In this document: positions 52,832-64,000 of the stretch, piece by piece
How positions within the stretch are numbered: position 1 is the first letter of the stretch
How the letters are laid out: each line of letters begins with the position of its first letter
DNA from: Myxococcota bacterium
GTDB lineage: Bacteria > Myxococcota_A > SURF-8 > G963663525
Reading direction: 5' to 3'
Length of the DNA: 64,000 nucleotides
NCBI GenBank assembly: GCA_963676915.2
Contig: CAXXVK010000068.1
Span: forward strand, 87,210-151,209
Position numbers and translations under genes: made by a program
Notes under the pieces: generated by a model
Database searches by the model: none
Seen by the model: only the letters and a program-made list of their open reading frames with translations
Told to the model about the DNA's origin: nothing

Positions 52832-52900
52832 AACCCCGAACATTCATGAAGAATAACCTGCCACTTGAAAACTCTCGACTTTTTCATTTGTTTCCCGGTT
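52832..52900 (+). repeat. Degenerate direct repeat, right copy (partner at 51172-51230)
   Basis: AACCCCGAACATTCATGAAG-(12 bp extra)-CTTGAAAACTCTCGACTTTTTCATTTGTT. Confidence 0.65.
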
Positions 52901-52980
52901 TTGTTAAAAAACCAACTATTATGGTATTGTTAATATGTGATGTGTTTTCATCGAGGGGCAATACCATCTGAGGGGAAGCG

Positions 52981-55900
52981 TTGATGGTTTTAAATTCCTA
53001 CATGTTTAGGGTTTTGCGTAAATTTTTGGGGTCTGTTGTTGTCGTCTTGACGTTTTTTATCGCATTCATGATCGTTCCGGTATTGGCTCATTCAAAAAAC
53101 CAGAACATTCTTGTTCTCCACTCGTACCATAAAGGACTTTCCTGGACCGACAACCTTCATCAGGGAATTATTGACGGACTGGGGAATCATCCTGAGATTG
53201 AGATTTACACGGAATACCTCGATACGAAACGCCATTTTTCGACCGAGCAACTTGAAATATCGGCAGCGTATCTTCAGCAGAAATACAAAAGCATCCCACT
53301 TGATACTCTTGTCGTCAGCGATAACAACGCTCTAGCATTCGCACTCGAAAGACGTCAGGCTCTTTTCCCAAACGTTCCCCTTGTTTTTGCAGGCATCAAC
53401 AATTTCACAGATGAATTGATCCGAGGACAGAACAACATTACGGGTGTTGTCGAAGTGACGGATTCGTTTGAAACCGTGCAAATCGCCCTCCAACTGCACC
53501 CTGAGGCCAAAACCATCCATGTGGTGCATGATCAGACGGCGACCTCTATTGCTGAAAGCAATAAACTGAAAGCGCAACTTGCCGGAAAGTTTACGGAAAA
53601 AGAATTTCGCTATCATACGAACCTGTCAACGAAAGATCTACTGAAAACACTCCGTGGTGTTCCTGCTTCGGATATCGTTCTATTGATTCTCTGGAACAAA
53701 GACGCTGTTGGAAAGTATTTCAGCTACGAGGAAAGTGCGGACCGCATTACTCAAGCGAGTGCCGCTCCCGTATACGGATTATGGGATTTCTATCTCGATC
53801 ACGGTGTGGTTGGGGGAAAACTTGTTAGCGCACGAGCCCAGGGACTGTTTGCGGCTAAAATTATCCGAAGACTGGCTTCAGGGGAACCGGTATCCTCTAT
53901 TCCAATCGAGCGGAAAAGCCCCAACCGGTTGCTTTTTGATTTTCGCAAATTGGTGCATTTTCAAATCGATCGGGAATCGCTGCCGGAAGGTAGCGTTGTC
54001 CTTTTCGACTCCGTTCATCACGATCTGATAAACCATGATACCACGCGTTCCGTTTATAAAATCGGTGTGTTGGCCAAGCGCGGTGAGCAAAAATGTCTGG
54101 AGCAATGGCAAGCGACGGCGGATTACCTTTCACGCCAGATTCCCGGCTCCATTTTTCAGATTGAACCGCTCGACTTCAATGAACTTCGAAAAGAAGTGGC
54201 CAACGCCCATGTCGATTTTGTTCTAACGAACTCATCCTATTACATCGAACTGGAAATCGAATACAAGGCCAATCGAATCGCCACCATGATCAACAAACTG
54301 GGTGATTTTCACTCGGTTCAATTCGGTGGGGTTGTTTTTACAAAATCCGAAAACAATGAGATTCAAACTTTTCAAGATCTTTCAGGCAGATCCTTCATGG
54401 CCGTGGATGAATCGTCTTTCGGCGGATGGCTCGCCGCACGAAAAGTCATGAAAGATCTTGGGATAAATCCAACCCAGGATTTCAAATCCCTACAATTTGC
54501 AGGAACTCATGATGCGGTTGTACATGCCGTACTGGAGGGTCGTGTCGACGTCGGAACCGTTCGAACGGATACACTGGAACGGATGGTTCAGGAAGGCAAG
54601 ATTCGTATGGAGGAAGTCCGGATCATCCATGCCCTCAGGCAGGAAGGCTTTCCATATGTTCTTTCAACGGAACTCTATCCTGAGTGGCCGTTTGCGGCGA
54701 TGCCGCAGGTTCCCGTAAAAGTGGCTTCCCGTGTCTCCGCCGCTCTTCTCAATATGGAAGAAAACAGTGAAGCCGCCGCGAATGCAAAGATCGCAGGTTG
54801 GACGGCTCCGCTTCCCTACGAGTCCGTTCGGCTAACCATGCAACAGCTACGTCATGGACCTTTTCGAGATTATGGGAAGGTAACCTTGGCTCAGTCCATA
54901 CGTCAACACTGGACTTCCGTACTGCTCGGCGTTGCCTTGTTCATCATGCTGATCCTGTTCTCTGTTTGGTCCGCTTCTTCCAAAATAAAAATTCAGCAAG
55001 CAGCAAGAAGCCTGGAAAAGAGTCGCGAACAATTTTTGCTCGCCGCCAACGGCTCACAGGATGGAATGTGGGATTGGGATCTTCGCGACAACAGCCTGTT
55101 TCTCTCTGAAAACTGGAAGCGAATGTTGGGGTACCGAGATGATGAACTGCCCAATGTTTTTTCCTCTTTTGCTGACAATATTCACCCGGATGATTTTCAT
55201 AGAGTGCAGACCAACCTGGACAACTATTTGAACGGTGATTTCGATCACTATTCGATCGAATTTCGGATGAAGCATAAAGATGGCCACGATGTGGACATCC
55301 TGGCACGTGGAGAAGCGATAAGAGATGAAAACGGCAAACCCATTCATATGGCTGGATCGCATACGGATATCACCGAAAGGAAAAAAGCGGAAGAGATCAT
55401 TCTGAAAAACAACCATAATATGAGAATGGCTGCGGATGCCGCCGGATTCGGTATTTGGACTCTTGATCTAACCAAAAACAGATTGGAATGGGATGAGTGG
55501 ATGTTCCGGCTTTACGGAGTCAAAGAAGATGATTTCGGAGGCGCTTACGAAGCATGGCAGGCCGGCGTTCATCCTGAGGATGTGGTTCGAAGCAATGAAG
55601 AAGTTGAACAGGCATTGTCGGGGGAAAAGGAATTCGATACCGAATTCCGCATTGTCCGTCCAAACGGAGAGATTCGCTACATAAAAGCGTACGCCAAGGT
55701 TCTACGCGATGAGCAAGGAACCCCCATTCGAATGACAGGGATAAACTACGACGTAACAAAGCGGAAACAGGCCGAATTGGAGTTATCTGAAAAAGAAGCG
55801 CGGCTAAGCGCTATCACGACTTCCGCACAAGACGCCATCATCATGATTGACAATTCGGGGGCTGTCTCTTTCTGGAATCCCGCCGCCGAGATCATTTTAG

Positions 55901-58305
55901 GGTATTCATCCGAAGAAATCCTTGGAAAGAATTTCCACGATGTCGTTGCGCCGAAAAGGTATATGGAGGCTCATCATAAAGCTTTCAGCGGGTTCAGGGA
56001 GACTGGCCAAGGAAATGCCGTGGGCAAGACGCTTGAGCTGGAAGCGAAACACAGAGATGGTCATGAACTGCCTGTTTCTCTTTCGCTATCGGCGGTAAAG
56101 ATTGACGATAAATGGAACGCGATAGGTTTATTGCGGGATATTTCTGAAAAAAGACGGTCGGAAAAGCAACTTCTCGACACCAATCGACAACTGGAAAAAG
56201 CAACCGACCAAGCCCAAAAAATGGCCGTCCAGGCACAAGCCGCCAATGTCGCGAAAAGCCAGTTTTTAGCCAACATGAGCCACGAGATCCGCACGCCGAT
56301 GAATGCTGTTGTAGGCATGTCGGACATATTGCTGGATATGGAGCTTTCAGACCGCCAGAGGGAATTCGTTACCGTTATTTCCAAAAGTGCAGACTCCTTG
56401 CTGGCACTGATCAATGATATACTGGATTATTCCAAAATCGAGGCGGATAAACTGGACATAGAAGACATTGATTTCGATCTTCGGATGCTTCTTGAAGATA
56501 TCAGCGATGTGATAGCCCTTAAGGCGCATGAAAAAGGCCTGGAATTCGTTTGCTTCCTGCCTCCGGGTATCCCAACGCACTTGATCGGAGATCCGAGTCG
56601 CTTACGTCAGATCATCACCAATCTCGCCAACAATGCAGTGAAGTTCACGGATCGTGGAGAAGTGACCGTTCAGGTCGAACTCGTGGAATCCGGGGAAAAC
56701 GATGCTTTGATCCGGTTTGAGGTAAAAGATACCGGAATAGGGCTTTCTTCCAAAGCGATGGAAATGCTCTTTCAACCCTTTACGCAAGCGGATTCATCCA
56801 CGACGCGAAAATTTGGCGGGACCGGTTTGGGGCTTTCCATCTCCAAACGGTTGTCAGAGATGATGGGAGGAGAAATCGGCGTGGAAAGCCAGGAGGGAGA
56901 AGGCTCACGCTTCTGGTTTACCGTTCGTATGAAAATACAGTCTGCCCCTGAACTTTCGGAAATGGCGTCACTTCCCGGTGATATTCATGATGTTCGTATT
57001 CTTGCCGTGGATGACAACGAATCCAATCGCAAGGTGATATCCGCACTGCTGGAATCTTGGGATTGTCGTTTTACCGTGGCAAAAAACGGACAAGAAGCAC
57101 TCGATATGTTCTTTGAAGCAGACAAGCAAAACGATCCATACGGTTTGGTGATTCTGGACATGAACATGCCGGACATGGATGGGGCAACCGTTGGTGAAAA
57201 AATCAAAATATCCGAGAAGATAGGAAACCCCGCACTGGTGATGTTGACCTCGGTCGGAAAAAAGGGAGAGGCGGGGCGACTGAGGGAAATCGGATTCGAC
57301 GCCTATCTGACCAAGCCGATCAAGCAATCACAACTGTATGATTGTCTGGTGAAGGTTGTCGGTTCTTCTATCGGTTTCAAAATAACGAAAAAGAAAACCC
57401 GGCTCGATGCCAGCCGTCCTGTGTCTGCATTTCAAGCAAAAGGCAAGCGGGCTTTACTCGTGGAAGACAGTGTGTTCAATCAAATGGTGGCTCGGGAGAT
57501 GCTGAAACATCTGGGCTTTTTGGTTGAAATTGCCAACAATGGCAAAATCGCCGTTGAAAGGCTGAGCCGGGAACGTTTCGATTTGGTATTTATGGACATG
57601 CAGATGCCGGAAATGGATGGTGTTGAAGCGACCGGCATCATTCGTGATTCATCTTCGGACGTTTTACAGCACGATGTGCCAATCATCGCCATGACCGCCA
57701 ACGCCATGAAAGGTTATCGCAACGCTTGCCTGGATGCGGGAATGGATGATTATGTGGCCAAGCCGATAAAACAAGATGATCTGGAGCAGGTGATTTCCCG
57801 AGTTCCGAAAAAGAGCTCAAAGGTAAAAAACGTGGTGTTTGACAATGCCAACCAATCATTGTCGAAGGAAACGGCGGATGAAGTCGAGACCGGCGAATTC
57901 GCTTCCGATGGCAGGGATCGAGACTCCAAAGACATTTTAGGGACTGATGCCGAGAGTACGAAACACATCTTTTATCCCGATGCACTGCTTGAGAGACTAA
58001 GCGGCGATGAAAACCTATTGAAGACGATTCTCGTTGCATTCGTGGAGGATGTTGGTGGACAGATTGATATGCTAAAGAAAAGTCTCGACGCATCCGATCG
58101 TGAAACGGCGCAACGTCAAACGCACTACATCAAGGGTGCTGCAGGCAACGCTGGAGCATTTGCGTTGCAGGATGTTGCCTCGGAGATGGAAGAGCTTCTG
58201 AAAGCATCCGAATTCGACGAAGCCAACGGTTTGTATACCGGCCTGAGCAGACAATTCGACCTACTGGTTGAAACCCTGAAAGTGAAACAATTCATTGATG
58301 CCTGA
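52981..58305 (+). CDS. Hybrid sensor histidine kinase: two periplasmic SBP-like domains, TM, 3 PAS, HisKA/HATPase, 2 REC and Hpt
   Basis: [32 protein letters not shown]; REC motifs ILDMNMP and FMDMQMP; Hpt HYIKG. Confidence 0.93.
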   Translation: MMVLNSYMFRVLRKFLGSVVVVLTFFIAFMIVPVLAHSKNQNILVLHSYHKGLSWTDNLHQGIIDGLGNHPEIEIYTEYLDTKRHFSTEQLEISAAYLQQKYKSIPLDTLVVSDNNALAFALERRQALFPNVPLVFAGINNFTDELIRGQNNITGVVEVTDSFETVQIALQLHPEAKTIHVVHDQTATSIAESNKLKAQLAGKFTEKEFRYHTNLSTKDLLKTLRGVPASDIVLLILWNKDAVGKYFSYEESADRITQASAAPVYGLWDFYLDHGVVGGKLVSARAQGLFAAKIIRRLASGEPVSSIPIERKSPNRLLFDFRKLVHFQIDRESLPEGSVVLFDSVHHDLINHDTTRSVYKIGVLAKRGEQKCLEQWQATADYLSRQIPGSIFQIEPLDFNELRKEVANAHVDFVLTNSSYYIELEIEYKANRIATMINKLGDFHSVQFGGVVFTKSENNEIQTFQDLSGRSFMAVDESSFGGWLAARKVMKDLGINPTQDFKSLQFAGTHDAVVHAVLEGRVDVGTVRTDTLERMVQEGKIRMEEVRIIHALRQEGFPYVLSTELYPEWPFAAMPQVPVKVASRVSAALLNMEENSEAAANAKIAGWTAPLPYESVRLTMQQLRHGPFRDYGKVTLAQSIRQHWTSVLLGVALFIMLILFSVWSASSKIKIQQAARSLEKSREQFLLAANGSQDGMWDWDLRDNSLFLSENWKRMLGYRDDELPNVFSSFADNIHPDDFHRVQTNLDNYLNGDFDHYSIEFRMKHKDGHDVDILARGEAIRDENGKPIHMAGSHTDITERKKAEEIILKNNHNMRMAADAAGFGIWTLDLTKNRLEWDEWMFRLYGVKEDDFGGAYEAWQAGVHPEDVVRSNEEVEQALSGEKEFDTEFRIVRPNGEIRYIKAYAKVLRDEQGTPIRMTGINYDVTKRKQAELELSEKEARLSAITTSAQDAIIMIDNSGAVSFWNPAAEIILGYSSEEILGKNFHDVVAPKRYMEAHHKAFSGFRETGQGNAVGKTLELEAKHRDGHELPVSLSLSAVKIDDKWNAIGLLRDISEKRRSEKQLLDTNRQLEKATDQAQKMAVQAQAANVAKSQFLANMSHEIRTPMNAVVGMSDILLDMELSDRQREFVTVISKSADSLLALINDILDYSKIEADKLDIEDIDFDLRMLLEDISDVIALKAHEKGLEFVCFLPPGIPTHLIGDPSRLRQIITNLANNAVKFTDRGEVTVQVELVESGENDALIRFEVKDTGIGLSSKAMEMLFQPFTQADSSTTRKFGGTGLGLSISKRLSEMMGGEIGVESQEGEGSRFWFTVRMKIQSAPELSEMASLPGDIHDVRILAVDDNESNRKVISALLESWDCRFTVAKNGQEALDMFFEADKQNDPYGLVILDMNMPDMDGATVGEKIKISEKIGNPALVMLTSVGKKGEAGRLREIGFDAYLTKPIKQSQLYDCLVKVVGSSIGFKITKKKTRLDASRPVSAFQAKGKRALLVEDSVFNQMVAREMLKHLGFLVEIANNGKIAVERLSRERFDLVFMDMQMPEMDGVEATGIIRDSSSDVLQHDVPIIAMTANAMKGYRNACLDAGMDDYVAKPIKQDDLEQVISRVPKKSSKVKNVVFDNANQSLSKETADEVETGEFASDGRDRDSKDILGTDAESTKHIFYPDALLERLSGDENLLKTILVAFVEDVGGQIDMLKKSLDASDRETAQRQTHYIKGAAGNAGAFALQDVASEMEELLKASEFDEANGLYTGLSRQFDLLVETLKVKQFIDA

Positions 58306-58384
58306 TACCGGGGTATTCAGTATGGTGGCAAAATCGCTGTTTCTCAGAAAAACACGGATTTTAGCTGCTGGAAGTATAAATCGG

Positions 58385-58455
58385 GCAGGTCGGGTGATTT
58401 TCACCCGACAATTTTGAAAAAGACTCTTTGTGTCGGGTGAAATCATCCGACCTAC
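58385..58455. repeat. GTAG-type REPIN, copy 5
   Basis: GCAGGTCGGGTGATTTTCACCCGACA...TGTCGGGTGAAATCATCCGACCTAC. Confidence 0.82.
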
Positions 58456-58506
58456 GATTTTCTTACAAAAAATCACACCCTCTCCCGTATCGAATTCAGC
58501 TTTCAT

Positions 58507-58535
58507 TTGACTTTTATCTCCCCGACTTCTAAGAT
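58507..58535 (+). promoter_or_regulatory. Sigma70 promoter of the riboswitch-led operon
   Basis: TTGACT-17 bp-TAAGAT directly before the aptamer. Confidence 0.65.
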
Positions 58536-58544
58536 TATTTTGTC

Positions 58545-58692
58545 TTTGTGTGTTGCGGAGAAGGGAAGTTGGTGCGAATCCAACGCGGTCCCGCCGCCGT
58601 AAACGGGGACGAAACCGGCAAATAGCCCACTGGAAGTATTTCTGGGAAGGGGCCGGGAGTAGGACGAACCGTGAGCCGGAAAACCTGCCGTA
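58545..58692 (+). ncRNA. Cobalamin (AdoCbl) riboswitch
   Basis: Conserved blocks in the expected order: AAGGGAA, GGTGCGAATCC, CGGTCCCGCCGCCGT, CCACTGG, GGGAAGG and the B12 box AGCCGGAAAACCTGCC; it precedes a TonB-dependent receptor operon. Confidence 0.93.
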
Positions 58693-58880
58693 ACCATCTG
58701 AACGTATGATTCCCTCGCGGAAGGGGAATACGGCTGGTTTCTGTTTCCATCCCAAACTCCTTTCGCCCGTTGTTCCGTCTAATCTCCTATAGAGAGAGAT
58801 GGATAAACGATTGCCGTTAATAATCGACGGCAGGCTGCATGAGCAACGTAAGTCGCCATGCTGAAACGGAGTGATCTGCA

Positions 58881-60206
58881 ATGACGTCCAAGCTCTCCCG
58901 CTGCGTAGTAAATGTGAAAGCGATCTGTTTCCTTTTGATGGCTTTTTTGTGGAGTTTTAGCTTTTCCGCCTGTTTCGAAACGTCTTTGTCGGAACCTGGG
59001 GAGGGGGACAATGATACTACCGAAATCATGGGGGATTCCGGGGACGTAGAAGAATCCGAACCTTGCGCCGGTGTCGAATGCCCCGCGTTTGCTACCTGCC
59101 AGGCGGAAACCGGACAATGCCTCTGCGATGACGGATACGAAGCGCTCGGAGATCGATGTGTAGCGCAGAGTGCCGATGGAGATTGGGAGGAAGAGGACGA
59201 AATCCCGGAAGCCGAGGACGAAGAGGCCGAGTTGCAAGAAGAAATCGAATGGGAAGCCGAGGAGTTGGAGATCGAAGAGGAAAGCGACTCTTCCGAACAA
59301 GTCGAATCGGACGGTCTTTGTGCCGTTCCCCAGGCTCCGACCATGACCATTATACACCAAGGGGAGGTGCTGTATTTTTCCACTCCCTGGACGGGTGAAT
59401 TGCAATTGGGTGTTTCGGACGATCCAACGGCGCAAGCACCGGCTGAATGGCAGAATCGAAGTTCCCTGACGTTGGATACGTTGGGACAGACGACGGTGTT
59501 TGCTCGCATCGTGGGTCTTTCCTGTCATCCTCAGTCTTTTGTATTTACCTACGATGTTCGAGAGCACTATTCGCCAGCCGCCGGTCAGGAAGGCTCGACG
59601 GCGGTTGCCATGGGTGATCCCTCGATTGTCGGTTGGGCTACGGCGGTAGAAAGCATCGTTTATGGCGAAGAAGTAGGCGATAGCTGGAAAAATCCCGACA
59701 AAGCGCTTGGGGCGGCAAACGGAACCTCTTTCGATATCGTAAGCCTGGGAAGGGGAGGGGAGATCGTCCTTTCGTTCGATCCGCCGATTGTCAACGGTGA
59801 AGGCTATGATTTCGCCGTATTCGAAAACGGTTTTTCGGATACGTTCCTCGAATTGGGCTTCGTCGAGGTCAGTTCGGACGGCGAGACGTTTTTACGTTTC
59901 GATGGCGCGTATTTAGGTGAATCCGAAATAGGAGGGTTCGGTAGTCTCGATACCACGCAAGTAGGATCTTTGGCGGGTAAATACAAACAGGGCTACGGAG
60001 ATCCTTTTGATTTGGAGGTTTTCAAAAACCGTTCGGAAATGCTTTCCGGTTCGGTGGATCTTCAAAACATCCAGTATGTCAAAATCGTCGATATCATTGG
60101 CGATGGTAGTGAGACGGATTCCTTTGGACGAACCATTTACGATCCTTATCCCACCGTGGACAGTGCCGGATTCGATCTCGACGCCGTAGGCGTGTTGAAT
60201 CATTAG
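58881..60206 (+). CDS. Surface lipoprotein with an EGF-like module, acidic linker and BtuH-like C-terminal domain
   Basis: Lipobox FSAC; [13 protein letters not shown]...CLCDDGY...C; [36 protein letters not shown] and GFDLDAV. The start codon is uncertain. Confidence 0.7.
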   Translation: MTSKLSRCVVNVKAICFLLMAFLWSFSFSACFETSLSEPGEGDNDTTEIMGDSGDVEESEPCAGVECPAFATCQAETGQCLCDDGYEALGDRCVAQSADGDWEEEDEIPEAEDEEAELQEEIEWEAEELEIEEESDSSEQVESDGLCAVPQAPTMTIIHQGEVLYFSTPWTGELQLGVSDDPTAQAPAEWQNRSSLTLDTLGQTTVFARIVGLSCHPQSFVFTYDVREHYSPAAGQEGSTAVAMGDPSIVGWATAVESIVYGEEVGDSWKNPDKALGAANGTSFDIVSLGRGGEIVLSFDPPIVNGEGYDFAVFENGFSDTFLELGFVEVSSDGETFLRFDGAYLGESEIGGFGSLDTTQVGSLAGKYKQGYGDPFDLEVFKNRSEMLSGSVDLQNIQYVKIVDIIGDGSETDSFGRTIYDPYPTVDSAGFDLDAVGVLNH

Positions 60207-60218
60207 GCATTTCACACC

Positions 60219-62332
60219 ATGAAACGTTTTCCCTTCATTTTGATCCTATGCCTTGTGTGGAACGTTGCGTTTTTTGCACGGGCCGAGGAGGAGAAAACGT
60301 CCGAAACGGTGGAAAACGGCAAGGCTTCGGAAGAAGAGGATTCCGTACAAATCGATATGGAACTGGAAGCTTCGGAAGAACCCGCAGACACTACGGTGCT
60401 CACGCCGGTAACGGTACGGGGGGGCACGGGAATCCAGAGATCTGATGCAGGATCGGGCCGCTTCGGGGTCCGTTCTGCTCCCCGAGGATTTCGACGATGC
60501 CGGAGATACGTTGCCCGAAGTGCTGGACCAGGAGGCGGGGGTTCGTGTGACTCGGCTGGGAGGTCCGGCCTCGTTCTCGACGCTCTCCATTCGCGGTTCG
60601 ACCTCCGATCAGGTTTTGGTGGTGCTCGATGGCGTTTCCCTCGATTCGGCGGCGGGAGGACCGGTGGATCTCTCCCGTATTCCTCTGGAAAACGTGGAGC
60701 GAATCGAAATCTACCGGGGCGTATCGCCGCTGGCCTTCGGTGCCAGTCCGATTGGTGGTGTGGTGTCCGTCTCGACGCGCACGCCGAGACAACGGCAGCT
60801 CACGCTTTCAGGTGGGGGCGGATCGTTTGCGTCTCGGGAAGCTCGCTTGTTTTACGCCGAACCACACGATACTTGGGAGGTTGGAGTCGGCCTGGATTAC
60901 TCCGGTTGGGAGGGGGCGTTTCCCTACGTCAACGATAACGGAACCCCGCTTCGATTCCTCCGACGACAGCCGTGTCGTGCGCAGCAACAACGCCTATGAC
61001 CAGATCAATCTTCTGGGGAAAGCTCGCCTGCATCTGGGAAACGACTGGACCTTGACCTTGATGGAGTGGTTTTTCTGGCGAGATCAGGGTGTTCCAGGGC
61101 TTGGACAATTCCAAACCGAAAAAAGCCGGTACGAGGTCTTCGATAGTCTGACTTCCTTGATGGTTCAGGGCCGAAACCTTGGAGACTTGGCCGATTGGAC
61201 CTTGCAGGCGGCATTTCGGGCCACACAGTCGGCCTTCGATGATCCGTTGAATGAAATCGGTCTTGCGGCAAACGATGCCGAAGACCGTTCGTATGCGCCC
61301 TCGGCGTCGAGTTCCGTGGTGCTGCATCCGCTTTCCTGGTGGGGATATCACCGGCCGTGCAGGGTACCGTTACGAACGCTTCGTTCCCTCGAAAAGCAGC
61401 ACTTCGGCGGCACGTTCGGACCGTCATTCCCTTTCGGCGGGGCTTGAAACGGGGGTAATGGTTGAAGCTCTCGACTTGCTGCTTCTGCCTTCCGGTCATG
61501 TGGAATGGACCGACAGCCGCCTGTCTCGCAAGGAAGCGGGTAGCGGAGACGATCCTTTGACATCGAATTCCAACCGGACGGAAGTTTCTTGGCGTGCGGC
61601 GTTGGTCAACCAGTCCATTCCCGATACGAAACTTACGGTTTCGGGCGGGCGGTCCGTGCGGCTGCCTTCGCTGTTCGAAGCTGTTCGGAAATTCGGGACG
61701 GGTGTTGGGGAATCCAGAGTTGAAAATCGGAATCGGCCATGAATCTCGATGGCGGAATCATTTACGATTCCAGCATGTTACCGCCTTCTTATCGTTTGCG
61801 ACTGGAGTTTTACGGTTTTTACTCCGAAGTGAAAAACCTGATTCAATTCGTCCAGACGGCCCAGAACGTCGCCCGTGCCGAAAACGTGGACCGCGCCAGA
61901 ATGTGGGGGCTCGAAGGCGGATTGCGAAGCGACCTGTTTCGTCATCTGCGACTGTATGGCAATTACACGTTTCTCGATGCGAAAAACACAGGTGACATTT
62001 CGGCGCGAAACGGAAATTCCCTACCGTTTCGACCGAAAAGCAAATGGTATGCGCGTGCCGAAGGTTATGCCCGGAACGTGCCGAATCTCGAAGAAATCTC
62101 CGTATTTACCGATATGGAATGGATTGCCGGGAACTTTCTCGACAACGCCAACCTCGTGGCTGTGTCGGACCGTTTTTATCTCAATGCCGGATTGGGTATC
62201 GAGCTAAAGCGTTCCGTTGCGGCATTGAGCTTTACGGCCAGCAACCTGACCTCGGAACGAACCTCCGACCTGACGGGTTATCCGCTGCCGGGGCGAAGTT
62301 TTCATTTTCTGTTGACGGTGAAGGTATTGTGA
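60219..62332 (+). CDS. btuB: TonB-dependent receptor, probably for cobalamin; about five apparent frameshifts
   Basis: Signal peptide; plug SIRGSTSDQVLVVLDG...VERIEIYRG...IGGVV; RLPSLFELFG...GNPEL; C-terminal YPLPGRSF; riboswitch context. Confidence 0.85.
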
Positions 62333-63677
62333 TGAAACGCTACGGAATGACCTTCCTGCATGTATGGTCCGCTTTGTGGCTTATCTCCTTCTTGCTGTGT
62401 GCCTGTGTCGATGACACGAACGGCTTTTCCTCGTTGTTTGAAGGAGATACCGAGACGCCGGGACGATTGGATGGCGATGGGGATAACCCGCCGAACAATG
62501 AAGTGGTGAAAACGCACACCGCTTCGACTCACGAAGTCTCTCCGTGGGCCATTGCCGTTGTGGGAACCGATTACTATTCCACGTCGATTTCCATCATTGC
62601 ACGAGAAAGCCAGTCGCTGTTTCGTGAAAACGTCGTACACTCCGGTTCGGTGTCGTCCGGCTTGTCGGTGGCGTTGTCCGGGGATGTGGTATTTCCTCGC
62701 ACGCACAATCACAAAAAACTGGATTGTCCTGTTGGACCGCTATCCCAACAGTGTGCTGACGTTTGTCGATCCCAACGATTTCAATGTTATCGGGCAATTG
62801 TCGGTTGCTACCGGATTCGCTTCGAATCCTCACGATTTCCTTTGGTTGGAAGAAAACAAAGCCTACGTGACGCGCTACGAGAAAAATCCCACGTCCGGGA
62901 CGCAACCCTACGACGGAGGGGACGATATTCTGATCGTCGATCCCATCGCCCGCGAAATCACGGGACGAATCGATCTTTCCTCCTACGCTGATACGGACTC
63001 GAACCCGGATCTTCAGTCCAGACCGGCGCGAATGGCGTATGCTGACGGTGTCGTCTGGACGACGCTGGACCACCTCAATTCCACTTTCGAAGAGGCCGGG
63101 GAAGGGCGTATCGTCGGGATCGATACCGCAACCGATAGCGTAATGGAGATGATTCGACTGGAAAACGTGACCAACTGTACGGGAATCGAATATGTGGCGA
63201 AAAAGAATTCCTTGTACGTTTCGTGTTGTGGATTGTTCGTTTCGGGAATCGAGAGCCAGCGGGAACATTCAGCCATCATTCGTATCGATCTGAATGGCGA
63301 CGAGCCGGAGCTTTCCGTGCTGCACTCTGCCGACGACGATCGGGGAAGACCTTTCGGCTTCGATACCGATACGGTGGATGACCGCTGGCTATTGGCGACA
63401 CGTTTCGGCGATCTGGAACAGGATATTCCCGACGTGCTGGTTGCCATCGATCTGGGAAACGGGTGAGGAAACGGTGGTTCACACCGCGAGTTCGGCCTAT
63501 GGTTTGGGCGGATTTCTTGCAGACGACGCTACCGGCACGATCTATGTAGGGGAAGCCGATCCTTCGAATCCCGGCATTCACTTGTATCATGCAGGGGAGG
63601 ATGGATTCGACTCGGCTGGCGTGATCGATTCTCACCCAAAAGTGGGATTGCCGCCTCGGCACATTCGTTTTTATTGA
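62332..63677 (+). CDS. Beta-propeller (YncE/BtuG-like) lipoprotein; frameshifts near 62715 and 63460
   Basis: Lipobox LCAC; blade-like segments NPHDFLWLEENKAYVTRY, ILIVDP...GRIDLS and IVGIDTATDSV; tail VGLPPRHIRFY; start overlaps the btuB stop. Confidence 0.72.
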
Positions 63678-63716
63678 TTGAAAGGTGAAACCGGACGTGA
63701 TTTTGGATGAAAAAGC

Positions 63717-63772
63717 GTAGGTCGGGCAAATTTCTTGCCCGACAGGACAAGGTGTCGGGTGCCATAGCCTAC
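63717..63772. repeat. GTAG-type REPIN, copy 6 (second half degenerate)
   Basis: GTAGGTCGGGCAAATTTCTTGCCCGACA...GGTGTCGGGT...GCCTAC; the first 28 bp are identical to copy 3. Confidence 0.8.
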
Positions 63773-63837
63773 CTCGCGGAGCGAGGAAGGCTGTGTTTTC
63801 CATGGTTTGCACAGCCTCCCGAACTCCGTTCCAGGAG

Positions 63838-63984
63838 ATGCAGCAGGATTGCATCCTGCTCCTCACTGTTTGAATTTTTCCTTTTGCGACATAGGGTTCT
63901 ATGTCTACTCAGACAATATCGAGCCGAATTCTTGTCGAAACCTTGGATTGTGAATATTTGGAACAGGATACAATCCTGCTCCAT
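63838..63984. repeat. Inverted pair of a second palindrome family (AGCAGGAT-nnn-ATCCTG[C/T]T)
   Basis: Plus strand ATGCAGCAGGATTGCATCCTGCTCC at 63838; minus strand ATGGAGCAGGATTGTATCCTGTTCC from 63984. Confidence 0.65.
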
Positions 63985-64000
63985 CGTTAGGATGAAAAAG

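Noticed and set aside
2700-63470. Apparent pseudogenes or programmed frameshifts (dusB, dciA, hdrD-like, hdrA, flxD, ZIP, btuB, propeller gene)
   Set aside because: The breaks are single-base indels, mostly in homopolymers, with intact motifs on both sides and no other decay, which is typical of unpolished long reads. The ~7 breaks in the btuB region still merit a read-level check.
1-64000. tRNA, rRNA, CRISPR array, prophage or integrase genes
   Set aside because: None recognised anywhere in the window.

Overview
A 64 kb chromosomal segment from what looks like a Deltaproteobacteria-type bacterium with an anaerobic/microaerobic metabolism. Myxococcota-like traits include Ser/Thr kinases, an MXAN_5187-type protein and Cys-rich lipoproteins; the taxonomy is inference. 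About 17 single-base frameshifts, mostly in homopolymers, break otherwise intact genes, so I treat them as long-read errors, not pseudogenes. Core genes: dusB, rnhA, ahcY, metK, dnaG and rpoD. Energy genes: an HdrD-like/HdrA/FlxDCBA cluster next to glpAB with a minimal one-cluster partner, and a cytochrome bd-superfamily oxidase whose subunit I is fused to 8 heme-c motifs. A cobalamin riboswitch heads a BtuH-like/BtuB/BtuG-like operon. There are at least six GTAG-type REP/REPIN elements and an IS200-like end remnant. Best candidates for undescribed biology: (1) an operon pairing an MscS channel with a 1269-aa SH3/coiled-coil/multi-TM/P-loop NTPase protein; (2) a GspE/PilB-like pseudo-ATPase fused to a D->E pseudo-receiver and coupled to a stand-alone Hpt; (3) a ZIP transporter with a cNMP-binding domain inserted in its cytoplasmic loop, inside a cassette flanked by direct repeats; (4) Bacteroidetes-style lipoprotein-assisted B12 capture outside Bacteroidetes. 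All family assignments come from reading motifs by eye; no database searches were run.
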